In this document: one piece after another, positions 1 through 9,844 of the stretch | Layout: each line of letters begins with the position of its first letter | Position numbering within the stretch: position 1 is the first letter of the stretch | From: a virus | IMG/VR virus record: IMGVR_UViG_3300027734_002590 | Coordinates: 1 to 64,000 of that record | Reading direction: 5' to 3' (one strand) | DNA length: 64,000 bases | The notes under the pieces: generated by a model | Told to the model about the DNA's origin: nothing | Database searches by the model: none | The model's input: the letters and a program-made list of their open reading frames with translations, nothing else | Position numbers and translations under genes: made by a program

Positions 1-460
1 CCCATTTTAGCTGGCTAACTCTGTCCGAAAATACGATACCTTGCAAGTGATCGTATTCATGTAGGAAACATTTACATTCATACCCGCTGAATTCGCCCTC
101 GCATAAATTGCCATCGGAGTCTTGCCACTGTGCCTTAATTGCTGTGGGACGCTTTATATTAACATAAATTCCGGGAAAACTCAAGCATCCTTCGTCAAGA
201 TCTTTAAGTTCTTTAGTGTTTGCAACGATTTTTGGATTAAAAAATGCAGTAGAATTTTCCGGCATTTGGGGATGGCCCATAACAAACACGCTAGTTTCAA
301 TACCGCATTGATTGGCAGATAGACCTAATCCGCAATTTTTAATCATAGTATCTATCATGCGTTTTTCTAATTCTTTTGGATCCATGATAGGATTGACAAA
401 ATCAAATGGGGGCATTTGATTCCTTAGTATAGGATCGGGGAATTTTACAATTTCAAACAT
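1..460 (-). CDS. def: peptide deformylase (3' end runs off window)
   Basis: Manual translation MFEIVKFPDPIL... shows GLGLSANQ, EGCLS and HEYDHLQG, the three PDF motifs; absent from the ORF track because it is truncated. Confidence 0.92.
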   Translation of the reverse strand, partial: MFEIVKFPDPILRNQMPPFDFVNPIMDPKELEKRMIDTMIKNCGLGLSANQCGIETSVFVMGHPQMPENSTAFFNPKIVANTKELKDLDEGCLSFPGIYVNIKRPTAIKAQWQDSDGNLCEGEFSGYECKCFLHEYDHLQGIVFSDRVSQLKW

Positions 461-1268
461 TATATAATTTACTCAAGTGGTCTCGCTGACTAGTATTTAA
501 ATTAGGTACAGTCATCTTTATCTGCAACAATAATCGACCTCTTGATGCGGGATTGTTTATATTAGGCATCCCATGACCTGAAATATTAAGAATAGATTCA
601 GGTTGTGTTCCTGGAGGAATATTACCTGTTAAGTTTTTGCCGTCTATTGTAGATATTTCTATTTCTTTTCCTAGCATAGCATCTATGCAATCGATAGTGA
701 TATCTTTAATTAGATCGTCACCCTGTCTAGTAAATTCTGGATGGGGGAAAATTTCTATAGTTACTAAAACGTCTCCTGTCGGAACATGGGGCATACTATC
801 ATCCCCAACTCCGGAAAGTCGTAAAGTCATTCCGTTTTGTATACCTGCCGGTATTTTAACGTTTAATATTTTTTCCTGCCCATTTGCTTTGTAAAAATTT
901 ACCATTAGTTCTCGACCATAAAATGCGTCTTCGAGAGATATTCTAGTATGAAAATTTAAATCTCTATTACGAGGCCTCTGTGGCCTAAAAAGGTCTGAAA
1001 AGTTGCCGCCAAATTGGCCAAAGAATCCTTCAAACCCGGGCGGTACGTCAAATCCTCCGCCCATATGGCGACTTTGTTGTTTTGGTTGATCGTATTCAGC
1101 TTTACTATTAGGATCACCTAAAACACGATATGCTTCTTCTATTTCTTTAAATTTGTTTGTGTCACCACCTCGGTCAGGGTGGTGCTTCATCGCAAGGCTA
1201 CGATAAGCCTTTTTGATATCTTCTTGAGAAGCGTTTCTCGGTACACCTAATGTAGAATAATAGTCCAT
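453..1268 (-). CDS. dnaJ: DnaJ/CbpA-type co-chaperone (no zinc finger)
   Basis: MDYYSTLGV...HHPD J-domain, G/F-rich linker, C-terminal substrate domains; probable start ATG 1268. Confidence 0.9.
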   Translation of the reverse strand: MDYYSTLGVPRNASQEDIKKAYRSLAMKHHPDRGGDTNKFKEIEEAYRVLGDPNSKAEYDQPKQQSRHMGGGFDVPPGFEGFFGQFGGNFSDLFRPQRPRNRDLNFHTRISLEDAFYGRELMVNFYKANGQEKILNVKIPAGIQNGMTLRLSGVGDDSMPHVPTGDVLVTIEIFPHPEFTRQGDDLIKDITIDCIDAMLGKEIEISTIDGKNLTGNIPPGTQPESILNISGHGMPNINNPASRGRLLLQIKMTVPNLNTSQRDHLSKLYNV

Positions 1269-1293
1269 AAAAATAAGCAAGGTTATAGTGTTA

Positions 1294-1322
1294 ATTATAC
1301 ACTATAGTCCTTGCTTTGTCAA
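1294..1322 (-). promoter_or_regulatory. sigma70-type promoter for dnaJ-def, embedded in an inverted repeat
   Basis: TTGACA-17-TATAAT on minus strand. Confidence 0.75.
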
Positions 1323-1331
1323 AAAGTTGGA

Positions 1332-1556
1332 TTACTTTTTCTTACCGTCTGGGACCTTGTCGCCTTCTACTTTCTTATGTGTCTTAATTTTCTTACAGTC
1401 TTCGGCTTGCTTACCAGTTTTCTTATCCATTACAGCTTTACCTGCTTTGTCTACTTTTGGTGTGCAAACTTCTTTAACTACTGCTTCGGCATGTGATAGT
1501 TGTACACATACAACAGACCAAATTACAATGTTTAGTGCAATTAAAAACTTTTTCAT
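1332..1556 (-). CDS. small secreted Lys-rich protein
   Basis: Signal-peptide-like N-terminus ending SHA; two Cys. Confidence 0.65.
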   Translation of the reverse strand: MKKFLIALNIVIWSVVCVQLSHAEAVVKEVCTPKVDKAGKAVMDKKTGKQAEDCKKIKTHKKVEGDKVPDGKKK

Positions 1557-1567
1557 GTTATCTTCCT

Positions 1568-2125
1568 TTATAAAACTGGATCGTCAGTTGGGACAATCTT
1601 CTTACCACTTGCTGTTACGGCTGGAGTCGCTGTCGCTCCAAATCCTGGACTGCTACCAAAGCCGCTTGGTGCTGACGCTGGAGGTGCGCTTCCAAAGCCG
1701 CTTCCGCCGCCCAGGGGTTGTGCTCCGAAGGCAGGCGACATTGGTGCTGGAGAACCGAATCCCCCTGGTGTTGTACCAAATCCTGCTGATGGTGCGCTAG
1801 GTGCTGTAAAGTTACTTGATGGTGCTGATATTTGTGCTCCGCCATTGTTTGCTCCGTTTAATTTTTCTTGTGTTCTACCAAATGCCGCAATACCAAGTAC
1901 CGCACCCATTGCAATGTGGAATAGTCCAGCGCCTTGCAATGTTAATGGATTCCATTGTGTAATAGCTGTGTGAGTTACCGCTTGTAAAATACTCCATAGC
2001 ACTGGGAATACTACCATGTCCATTAGACATATTAGCATATACATCCAGCCCATCATTGGACGCCATTTGCTGTTCATCCAATCTTCTTTTTTCTTTTCGC
2101 TTTCGCTTTTTAATTCTTCGCTCAT
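1568..2125 (-). CDS. putative holin (3TM/GTA-holin-like) with low-complexity tail
   Basis: WRPMMGW motif, hydrophobic helices, FGRTQEK; lies in the lysis cluster. Confidence 0.65.
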   Translation of the reverse strand: MSEELKSESEKKKEDWMNSKWRPMMGWMYMLICLMDMVVFPVLWSILQAVTHTAITQWNPLTLQGAGLFHIAMGAVLGIAAFGRTQEKLNGANNGGAQISAPSSNFTAPSAPSAGFGTTPGGFGSPAPMSPAFGAQPLGGGSGFGSAPPASAPSGFGSSPGFGATATPAVTASGKKIVPTDDPVL

Positions 2126-2135
2126 ATAGTGTCCT

Positions 2136-2699
2136 TTAAAACCATAAGAATAAGCCGTTTAGGCTTAATAGTATTCCAACTCCTGCTACAGCAAAACTGC
2201 CCCAGAACATTGCCATGCTAACTGCAAGAATACTTGCTGATAGCACAACGATTGCTAACTGATATGCTGTACTTGCATAACCAATCCATGGACTAGATTT
2301 TTTAGCTTCTTCACGTAGAGCTTCCATAGCTCTTGCCTTTTCGGCAATTTCTTTCTTGTCAGAATCCATGCGTTCTTTTTCAGCCATGAACTCTGCTTTA
2401 ATTTTTGGATCACTAGTTGTCTTAGCCGCGATCTCGTAGCTAACGCCACGACCTGCTTTGGCTTGATACTGTGCCCATGTATTGTTAGCACCTAATGTAT
2501 TGTTTAATACTGTGCTACCTAACTTGCCGCCGTACCATGCGTTGACTGCTAACAACAGAGCAAAGATAGAGATAACCATACCTGCTTTGTCTTTTAATTT
2601 TGCTTCACGCTCTGAACGTGATCCTACCGGAGGCTTCGGTGCATCCGGATCTTTTGGTTGTTTGTTTACTAAATTTAATACTGAATCGATTAGTGCCAT
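2136..2699 (-). CDS. membrane protein (DUF4337-like)
   Basis: N- and C-terminal TM helices, WAQYQAK motif. Confidence 0.55.
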   Translation of the reverse strand: MALIDSVLNLVNKQPKDPDAPKPPVGSRSEREAKLKDKAGMVISIFALLLAVNAWYGGKLGSTVLNNTLGANNTWAQYQAKAGRGVSYEIAAKTTSDPKIKAEFMAEKERMDSDKKEIAEKARAMEALREEAKKSSPWIGYASTAYQLAIVVLSASILAVSMAMFWGSFAVAGVGILLSLNGLFLWF

Positions 2700-2724
2700 C
2701 GTTCGCTCCTTACTGTACTCTTAT

Positions 2725-2973
2725 TTAATACATTGATGCTAGATTTACCAGTGCGTTCATTGCTGTATTAATGTTCTCTTTTAGCTGTAAATCTTGTACG
2801 CTTTCGTTAATATTCTTCTCGTGATACAGATCATTGATCATTTCTGTATATTCCCCTGCGCTAATTTGCTGTTGTTCTAATGCTTGCTTTAATGCCATTG
2901 CACGATTAGCAAGATCTTGCATATTAGGATCACCTGTGTTAAAAATAGCTTCTAGTTGTTGTTCGATAGTCAT
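2725..2973 (-). CDS. hypothetical protein
   Basis: ORF coupled to upstream gene. Confidence 0.6.
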   Translation of the reverse strand: MTIEQQLEAIFNTGDPNMQDLANRAMALKQALEQQQISAGEYTEMINDLYHEKNINESVQDLQLKENINTAMNALVNLASMY

Positions 2974-3371
2974 CTTGGTTTCTTTCCTATAACATTTTGA
3001 ATGTTAACAGCATTACGCTCAATACTGCTAAACTTTGTAGTACAATACATTATACTAACTGGCTCTTTTCCGTGATATCGTTCGCTCAATCCCTTAACGA
3101 TTTCGGCTAATTCGCTGGCCATCTTAGTAGCTTCTTGATTACGTGGAATACTTTGTGTATAGTTTTTAAACTCAACAGCAGTACGCCAAACGCGATCAAC
3201 TTCTTCGATTACTTCTGGCTTGCCACATTTAGCCGCACCTAAGTTTGCTTCAGTTCTAATTTTATTAATCAGTAAGTATTCGTTATTATCAAATCGTGCC
3301 ATAAAGTATGCATCATACAATGCACACCCTTGCAACAAACTGATTACTGCAAGTATGATTAATTTTTTCAT
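2970..3371 (-). CDS. lipoprotein
   Basis: Lipobox LQGC after hydrophobic stretch. Confidence 0.7.
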   Translation of the reverse strand: MKKLIILAVISLLQGCALYDAYFMARFDNNEYLLINKIRTEANLGAAKCGKPEVIEEVDRVWRTAVEFKNYTQSIPRNQEATKMASELAEIVKGLSERYHGKEPVSIMYCTTKFSSIERNAVNIQNVIGKKPR

Positions 3372-3637
3372 TTGATTGTCTCAAATATTTTCTTTTGACT
3401 GTTATACCACTGAATCCAAGCATCTACTTTAATGCGGCATTCTTGGTATTGTCCGTAGTTATCAACTACTACTGATATAACTTCGCTAAGTTTTGTAGTA
3501 TTCGGATCAGTTTCTTTTAGATCAGGGCAAGCAACTTTTAAATCTTCAGGTACTTGTGGGAATGACATCGTTACTGGTACTGAGGTAACACATGCTGATA
3601 GTACCAAGACAGAAAGTAAAACTAATAAACGTTTCAT
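3368..3637 (-). CDS. putative o-spanin (Rz1-like lipoprotein)
   Basis: Lipobox LSAC, Pro-rich FPQVPEDL..CPDL, NYGQYQEC; adjacent to i-spanin and endolysin. Confidence 0.7.
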   Translation of the reverse strand: MKRLLVLLSVLVLSACVTSVPVTMSFPQVPEDLKVACPDLKETDPNTTKLSEVISVVVDNYGQYQECRIKVDAWIQWYNSQKKIFETIK

Positions 3638-4137
3638 TTCTTATCTCCCGGTAATACAGGTTCTAACGGTCCGATAGTAACTGTACCTTTACGTAGTTTG
3701 GCCGCATCATTTAAAATACTAATTGCTTCAGGAGCAACAGTACATTCTGCGTCAATGCGTTTTTCAATTTCTTTAATACGATCTTTATAAACTATTTGTA
3801 GCTCTTTAACTTTCTTTACACGATCAACGTAAACTTTCTTTATAACTACATTTGTTTCTTGTGACTTGGCTTCCGCAACAGCGACTTTAGCTTCTGCTTC
3901 TTTGACTTTATTACGCCAGGACATTTCAACGTCATAACCGCCACGTAACCAAACCCCTAATATTACTAAAGCAATGCCAACTGGTTTAATAAAACCAATA
4001 TAACGTCCGTACATAGGAATGAATTTGCCAAACCAACCAGCAAACATGCCTGTAATCCCTAGAGCAATGATAAACCAATAGACCCAGTTCAATATTGCAT
4101 CAGGTATGATGCTAAACATCCATTGTATCTGATTCAT
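3634..4137 (-). CDS. putative i-spanin (Rz-like)
   Basis: TM segments followed by coiled coil and C-terminal Cys; gene context. Confidence 0.65.
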   Translation of the reverse strand: MNQIQWMFSIIPDAILNWVYWFIIALGITGMFAGWFGKFIPMYGRYIGFIKPVGIALVILGVWLRGGYDVEMSWRNKVKEAEAKVAVAEAKSQETNVVIKKVYVDRVKKVKELQIVYKDRIKEIEKRIDAECTVAPEAISILNDAAKLRKGTVTIGPLEPVLPGDKK

Positions 4138-4138
4138 T

Positions 4139-4762
4139 TTAGCTTCCTAGTACTTGGATAGCGTGTTTATAATGTTTAATGCGATCTTCTAAGCCTAATG
4201 TGCCACCGTTAATACGTTTGGTTAATGTTAGCATGTCTCCCGAATCTGCAAACTGATTTAAATTGTTTGCTTCCCAGAACCATGCGGCACTTTGTACACA
4301 GCCTTCAAAAGTTGTTAAGTGTTCGCTTGCTTCGTCTAGACTAATTTCTAAACTTTGTGCGTAACGTGAGTAGTTGTCTTTGCCAGTTAACTGAATAAGT
4401 CCACGTCCACAAAACTTCCAACCATCGCCTGACTCTTCTGGACCGTTGCCCATACGATTAGCGTATGCTCTGTTAGCAATTTTTTCTTGCTGGTGTGCGT
4501 ACTGTGCGGCATTTCCTGCATTAAAGTAGCGTGGCCATACTTTACAAAGACTCTCTGCTTTGTAATTTAAGTTTTCTTTAATTGCACGATAGCCTCCAGA
4601 CTCGTGTGCTGTTTGAGCTAGGAAAGCCGCAACACGTTCTACGGTATGAATTTCGTAGTCGGGTAATATTTCGCTTAGTGCTTCAAACCAGTGATCAGCA
4701 TACGGTGGTTTTCCAACGCAAGATTCAAATTTTGCTTGAGTAAAATCAAATTCAAATGACAT
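4139..4762 (-). CDS. glycoside hydrolase family 19 endolysin
   Basis: AAFLAQTAHESG, GRGLIQLTGKDNY, SAAWFW, TKRINGG motifs. Confidence 0.93.
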   Translation of the reverse strand: MSFEFDFTQAKFESCVGKPPYADHWFEALSEILPDYEIHTVERVAAFLAQTAHESGGYRAIKENLNYKAESLCKVWPRYFNAGNAAQYAHQQEKIANRAYANRMGNGPEESGDGWKFCGRGLIQLTGKDNYSRYAQSLEISLDEASEHLTTFEGCVQSAAWFWEANNLNQFADSGDMLTLTKRINGGTLGLEDRIKHYKHAIQVLGS

Positions 4763-4765
4763 TTT

Positions 4766-5515
4766 TTATCCTTTATGTAGTTTTATAACAGCGGCCTTGT
4801 CGCCATTGCGGACTAAGAATTCACCGTTGATTTTATGTATTTCGTAATTGCCTAAAAATTTTGATAGGAATACTGTTTGTGAAGCACTCGCTTCGTCTAC
4901 TTGTATAGCACCCGGTAAATTATTTTTAATTTCAGAATAGCTACCTAAATATTTTAATTCCGCAGTTAGCGGTGGGCTACCATACGGCTTTCTAAAAGTT
5001 ACGTTAAGATTTTCATCAACAGAAATTTCAGCAGTTCCTTGATCAAAGAATTCTTTGACATCAGTAGTGCGTTGCTCGTTTAAGGTAGTATCGTATTCGT
5101 CAGGAGTTAACGGAATATTTTCAGTAATACTTTCTTCTGAAAAATCGTTACCGTCGATTTCTTTGTGAAAGCGGAAACGCCAATCATTAATATCTGTTAA
5201 AGCAGTAAGTCCTTCGATAATATTTTTTATTTGACCCGGTAACTTTTTGCTTCTTTCAATTTCAACAAATACGGAATATCTCCCATCACGTTCTTCTCCA
5301 GAACTGATATCGGCATCTAGAACAAACGGGTACCCTTTTTCAATAAACTCCATCATATCAATTGCTGGAAATTTATCCTTAACACGGAAACGTAGTACAG
5401 CAACATCACGGTCGTTGCCCATCTTACTTGTGAATTGATCTACTGTGAATATATTCTCTACACAGTTTACTAGATCACCTTTTTGGAGTCCTTCGAACAA
5501 TTTATTGTGGGACAT
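4766..5515 (-). CDS. conserved phage protein, unknown function
   Basis: Long ORF; probable start ATG 5515. Confidence 0.7.
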   Translation of the reverse strand: MSHNKLFEGLQKGDLVNCVENIFTVDQFTSKMGNDRDVAVLRFRVKDKFPAIDMMEFIEKGYPFVLDADISSGEERDGRYSVFVEIERSKKLPGQIKNIIEGLTALTDINDWRFRFHKEIDGNDFSEESITENIPLTPDEYDTTLNEQRTTDVKEFFDQGTAEISVDENLNVTFRKPYGSPPLTAELKYLGSYSEIKNNLPGAIQVDEASASQTVFLSKFLGNYEIHKINGEFLVRNGDKAAVIKLHKG

Positions 5516-6053
5516 TAGTTGGCTCCATAGTAGTTGCATCTGGTTGTTCAACTTGTGTTGTTGGGTCATCAACTTGAGATGTTAAATTGTCTGTTGTTTG
5601 TGTACGCATACTTTCTGCATACTTCATATTATCTTTAAGTTCTTTGCCTGTAAAGATGTCCTGCATTAATTTCTTAGGCATTACGATTTCTACGACCCAA
5701 ACTGGGTGAGGATCAATTTTGCCTTTCTTTGTGCCTGGGCGGAAGTCGCTCGGCTTATATACTTTACGTGGTACTAGGATACTCGATTTTTGATACTTGA
5801 TTTGACAGCCATAATCAAGCAGACGTTCCCCACCACTTGGATCAGGCATGTCTTCACGTGGCCACATAAATTTGCAACTAACAAAATAACGACTAACGTC
5901 TGGGCCTTTTAATAGTTCACCGTTTTCCCAATTGTCAAACACATATAAATCAAGTTCGTCGAGAACTCTTTCAAAATCTTTGAGTATTTTAAAAGCAGAA
6001 TCGTCGGCCGCGAGTGTTTGTATATTTTTAATAACGTCTACTATATCATGCAT
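5502..6053 (-). CDS. conserved phage protein, unknown function
   Basis: Long ORF with RBS. Confidence 0.7.
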   Translation of the reverse strand: MHDIVDVIKNIQTLAADDSAFKILKDFERVLDELDLYVFDNWENGELLKGPDVSRYFVSCKFMWPREDMPDPSGGERLLDYGCQIKYQKSSILVPRKVYKPSDFRPGTKKGKIDPHPVWVVEIVMPKKLMQDIFTGKELKDNMKYAESMRTQTTDNLTSQVDDPTTQVEQPDATTMEPTNVPQ

Positions 6054-6181
6054 ATAGGGTTCCTAGTAACTGATAATATTTAGTTCGATTTGCACTTAGA
6101 CAAAAAAAGCCCATTTGAGCACATTTTTTTATCAATGTCTTAAATATCTTTGCAGGTCTTCCTGAAACGGAGGAATTAGAT

Positions 6182-6937
6182 TTGTCAAGAAACAGCGCAA
6201 AAAGACGCAGTACTGCTCCTCAAAGCAATACCCGTCACGGCGAAAGCCAAAACACAATTGAAATAAACACTTATTTCAAGAAAAAACAGCAAGTTAATAT
6301 CATCCCGCGAAATAGATCGCAAGAGGCATATTTAGATTTGCTAAAAAATCCCAAGAAATTTATCACTTTCGCTATCGGTCCAGCCGGTACGGGTAAAACA
6401 ATGTTGGGTGTTCAGTGGGCCATTAAACAGTTAAAAGAGGGGGTGATTGATAGAATCGTAGTCACAAGGCCGGCTGTAAGCGTTGATGAGGAACACGGGT
6501 TTCTTCCTGGTACATTAAATCAAAAGATGGAACCATGGACTAGACCGATTATGGATGTTTTTCAAGAGTATTATCACACACGACAAATAGCAGAAATGCT
6601 AGAAGAAGGAGTAATTGAGATATCACCGCTGGCATATATGCGCGGTCGTACATTCAAGAACGCATACATCGTTGCAGATGAAATGCAGAATGCTACACCT
6701 AGCCAGATGAAGATGTTGCTAACACGTTTAGGTGAAGGCAGTCGAATGGTGGTAACAGGGGATTTGAATCAAGCAGACCGTCCTACGGAGAACGGATTGT
6801 TAGAATTTTGTCAATTATACGCCCAAGGAGGTGATTATCGTATGATTGCGATGGCAAGGTTTGAGACAAAAGACATCGAACGTCACCCTGTAGTCAAAGA
6901 AGTTTTATCTATATACAAGGAGTTAGATAACGAGTAA
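6182..6937 (+). CDS. phoH: PhoH-family ATPase
   Basis: GPAGTGKT, RPAV, GFLPG, PLAYMRGRT, DEMQN, TGDLNQ; strong GGAGG RBS before TTG start. Confidence 0.95.
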   Translation: MSRNSAKRRSTAPQSNTRHGESQNTIEINTYFKKKQQVNIIPRNRSQEAYLDLLKNPKKFITFAIGPAGTGKTMLGVQWAIKQLKEGVIDRIVVTRPAVSVDEEHGFLPGTLNQKMEPWTRPIMDVFQEYYHTRQIAEMLEEGVIEISPLAYMRGRTFKNAYIVADEMQNATPSQMKMLLTRLGEGSRMVVTGDLNQADRPTENGLLEFCQLYAQGGDYRMIAMARFETKDIERHPVVKEVLSIYKELDNE

Positions 6938-6957
6938 AGCATAACAATATTCAAGAG

Positions 6958-7010
6958 AAACCGCGTAAATCCATCAGACCTGCAAAATCCGGATTACGCG
7001 GTTTTTTATT
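6958..7010 (+). terminator. intrinsic terminator between convergent genes
   Basis: AAACCGCGTAA...TTACGCGGTTTTTT inverted repeat with T-tract. Confidence 0.7.
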
Positions 7011-7241
7011 TTAAGCTGACTTTATTAAATCTACTACTACTTCGCCACCCCATTTTGATAAGAACCATATCGCCTCGTAGGTATCTTCAAAGTGAATATC
7101 AAATGTTCCATCTTTGGATCTATCGTAGTTCGATGTAGCAAACCATACAGAATCTTCTTCATTGTACGGCCCAAATTTCTCCTCACACCAATCCATAACT
7201 TCTCGGCGGGTATCGTTCCCTATATGTGGATGAATAATCAT
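7011..7241 (-). CDS. small phage protein
   Basis: ORF coupled to upstream gene; WC..FG and F...W pattern recurs in other small ORFs here. Confidence 0.6.
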   Translation of the reverse strand: MIIHPHIGNDTRREVMDWCEEKFGPYNEEDSVWFATSNYDRSKDGTFDIHFEDTYEAIWFLSKWGGEVVVDLIKSA

Positions 7242-8167
7242 TGTAACCTCGCTAGTTTGGCTAATACTGCCGCTAGATTAATTTCAGCATCAGCAATCAG
7301 CGTATGATCACATAGCCCTTGCTTAATGATCAATAAAGCAGTATCCTTAGTCTCGTCATCCTTGCCAAACAAGTCTAAGTTATCGTACATCCAGCGATAG
7401 ATTTCCTCCATCTCTTCCGGACGAGCCGATCCACATAATAGTTTACGTGCGGCCTGTATTTTACCTGCCTTAAACAACTGTACCATTTCGATTTTATAGT
7501 CTGCCGTGCCTTCATCTCCCTGGCTAGGTAATCCTAACTTTCCATCGTGTACATTTTGCTGTACCATATTAATGCACTTACGCATATCTGGATATGTTGT
7601 TTTAACATAGGTATCCAATGTGTCTAGCGTAGAATCATTAAACTCAATGCCTTCTTCTGCTAAAATATATGCTACACGAGCAGTGAATTCTGTTTGATCG
7701 GTTTTCTCAACGTGAAAGCCCTGACAACGACTATGAATAGCAGGAATAATTCTATTCGGATAATTGCAAGTAAGAATGAACCTACTAGTGTTACTGTAGG
7801 TCTCCATAACTCCACGTAGGATCGCCTGTGCGTTAGGTGTGAGATAATCTGCTTCATCTAATAGTACTACTTTAAACGGACCAAAAGGAATCATTTGTAC
7901 AAAGTTAATAATCTTCTCTCGAACAGTATCAACGTTGTTGTCGCGACTTGCATTAATTTCTAAAATATCATAAGACTCTACGCCTAGCTCGTGACACAAT
8001 ACTTTAGCAAGTGTAGTTTTACCAATGCCTGCCGCACCACTAAACAACAAATGCGGAATTGATCCGTCTTTAACCCAAGATTCTACTTGTTTGCGTTGAT
8101 GATTATCTCGGAATACGTATTGATCGATACGTTGCGGACGATATTTTTCTACCCATAGTTCTTTCAT
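7238..8167 (-). CDS. sliding-clamp loader AAA+ subunit (RFC small / T4 gp44-like)
   Basis: WVEKYRP, GAAGIGKTT, EINAS, LDEAD, SRC motifs. Confidence 0.95.
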   Translation of the reverse strand: MKELWVEKYRPQRIDQYVFRDNHQRKQVESWVKDGSIPHLLFSGAAGIGKTTLAKVLCHELGVESYDILEINASRDNNVDTVREKIINFVQMIPFGPFKVVLLDEADYLTPNAQAILRGVMETYSNTSRFILTCNYPNRIIPAIHSRCQGFHVEKTDQTEFTARVAYILAEEGIEFNDSTLDTLDTYVKTTYPDMRKCINMVQQNVHDGKLGLPSQGDEGTADYKIEMVQLFKAGKIQAARKLLCGSARPEEMEEIYRWMYDNLDLFGKDDETKDTALLIIKQGLCDHTLIADAEINLAAVLAKLARLQ

Positions 8168-8338
8168 TCTTTGCCTTCTTCTTTTGGTTTATCTTCTTTC
8201 GAGTCATTTGTTGGCTCATCTGGAATCATTTTCTTTAAGTACGTCGGTACTCTCTTTCCAAAGATGCCTTCAAAGTTTGCATCTGCTTGTTCCAACGGAA
8301 TGTTTGTTGGTCTACGTCTACTTCCCTTGCCTGCCATA

Positions 8339-8542
8339 TTAGTGTTTATGACCGCAATCGCAGTCACCCTTTGTAAAAAAATTCTTGATTGCTTGTAGCA
8401 AATTGTAAAATCTAGCTTTGTAAAGACTACCATCGATCATAGCTGGCTGATGTGGGCACCGCCCTTGATACCAAGTACATGCTCGTACTGCATCTTCTGT
8501 TATTTCAATACCACATGAATTACATTTTTGCATTTTTCTCAT
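8339..8542 (-). CDS. small Cys-rich protein
   Basis: CxxC and further Cys/His residues. Confidence 0.5.
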   Translation of the reverse strand: MRKMQKCNSCGIEITEDAVRACTWYQGRCPHQPAMIDGSLYKARFYNLLQAIKNFFTKGDCDCGHKH

Positions 8543-8990
8543 TCTCCGCTTGGACTACACGTTTACGTAGACTGCTTGAACTAAAACTGTGATCTCGTCC
8601 GTTATAAATTATTCCAATTCCACGTTTATTACAAATTTCTTTGCCCGTAAAATCTTTGCCTTGATACTCTACACCTAATATTCTAACATCAATTGGCAAA
8701 GTAAGCAAGATATCTTCTAGATCTTTTTCTGTGTTATAAACAACGATCTCGTCAACATACCGAACTGCGCTCAATTGTATTTGTCGTTCTACAATACTTT
8801 GAATAGGTGCGTTCTTTTCCGGACGATCCCATTGAGCATTATTTTGCAATCCTGCGATAAGATAATCGCAATGATTTTTAACTTCGGATAGCATGGCAAT
8901 GTGCCCTGCGTGTAACATATCAAATTGACTAAAAGTTATGCCAATTCGTTTACCTTCTTCTTTTAGTTGTTTTATTTTATTGAATATCAT
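8520..8990 (-). CDS. cytidylyltransferase (TagD/RfaE-domain-II-like)
   Basis: FDMLHAGH (HxGH), SSSSLR motif. Confidence 0.88.
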   Translation of the reverse strand: MIFNKIKQLKEEGKRIGITFSQFDMLHAGHIAMLSEVKNHCDYLIAGLQNNAQWDRPEKNAPIQSIVERQIQLSAVRYVDEIVVYNTEKDLEDILLTLPIDVRILGVEYQGKDFTGKEICNKRGIGIIYNGRDHSFSSSSLRKRVVQAENEKNAKM

Positions 8991-8997
8991 ATCCCTT

Positions 8998-9026
8998 ATT
9001 ATACAGGGAAGAATAGGGCTAGTCAA
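8998..9026 (-). promoter_or_regulatory. sigma70-type promoter overlapping a terminator-like hairpin
   Basis: TTGACT-17-TATAAT; AATAGGGCT/AGCCCTATT inverted repeat. Confidence 0.7.
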
Positions 9027-9035
9027 GCCCTATTT

Positions 9036-9236
9036 TTATTTACGAGCGTTTATCCTGCTTTGAATAGTTTCAAAACTTGATCTAGAACGTTGATCTTGCC
9101 TTTCTAGGAAAGCAATCTTTTGATTTAAAATTTGTACCTGTTTTTCGAGATTGGTTACAGTTTCTTCTAGTTGAAGAACTTTTTCCTTATCGGTCTTGGG
9201 ATCAAATTTAAAATCTTGATGCTGATATTGTTTCAT
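9036..9236 (-). CDS. small coiled-coil protein
   Basis: Heptad-rich ORF. Confidence 0.55.
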   Translation of the reverse strand: MKQYQHQDFKFDPKTDKEKVLQLEETVTNLEKQVQILNQKIAFLERQDQRSRSSFETIQSRINARK

Positions 9237-9649
9237 TACGCCCCTGGAATATTAAAGTTGACATTTGAGCCAGCACCTACAGGTGTACGACGCTCAACAA
9301 CATCATCTGGTTTTTCATCAGCTGACATGATCATGGAGTCTAATTCAACCATACGTATTTCTACAATATTACCATCTGGTTCTTCATAATGAACAGTACG
9401 AGTCCATCGGCTGTGTTCGATAAGAATCCATTCTCCGACTTTTACGTCATGTTGGTCTGGACCAATCGCCCATACTCTAGCCCATCTTGGGCGAACACCT
9501 TCACTTTTACCGTTATCGCTTTTTAATACGATTCCGCTTTTAGTAATTTCTTCGCCGAACTCCATATCGGTTACAAACACTTTATCGTGTAAAGGGCGGA
9601 ATGTTCCGCTTATTTTTGTAACCGAACCTGATCTATCATAAAGTCCCAT
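9236..9649 (-). CDS. groES: GroES-like co-chaperonin
   Basis: RPLHDKVFV, TKSGIVL mobile loop, AIGP, VKVGE. Confidence 0.8.
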   Translation of the reverse strand: MGLYDRSGSVTKISGTFRPLHDKVFVTDMEFGEEITKSGIVLKSDNGKSEGVRPRWARVWAIGPDQHDVKVGEWILIEHSRWTRTVHYEEPDGNIVEIRMVELDSMIMSADEKPDDVVERRTPVGAGSNVNFNIPGA

Positions 9650-9844
9650 TTATTCCTCACTATCTTTACTATATTGGGCTACGATTTCTTCTCGTGTACG
9701 TACAACTTTACCACCCTGGCCTAACTCATCGCCGCGAGCGTTCATTCTTACATTACCCACTGCTGGTATAGTTTCATTTTTTTGTAGCAATGAATCCATA
9801 TCAACTTCTCGTCCCTGCATTGTTCTATAAACATTTCTTGTCAT
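9650..9844 (-). CDS. small conserved phage protein
   Basis: AVGNVRMNARGDELG motif; coupled ORF. Confidence 0.6.
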   Translation of the reverse strand: MTRNVYRTMQGREVDMDSLLQKNETIPAVGNVRMNARGDELGQGGKVVRTREEIVAQYSKDSEE

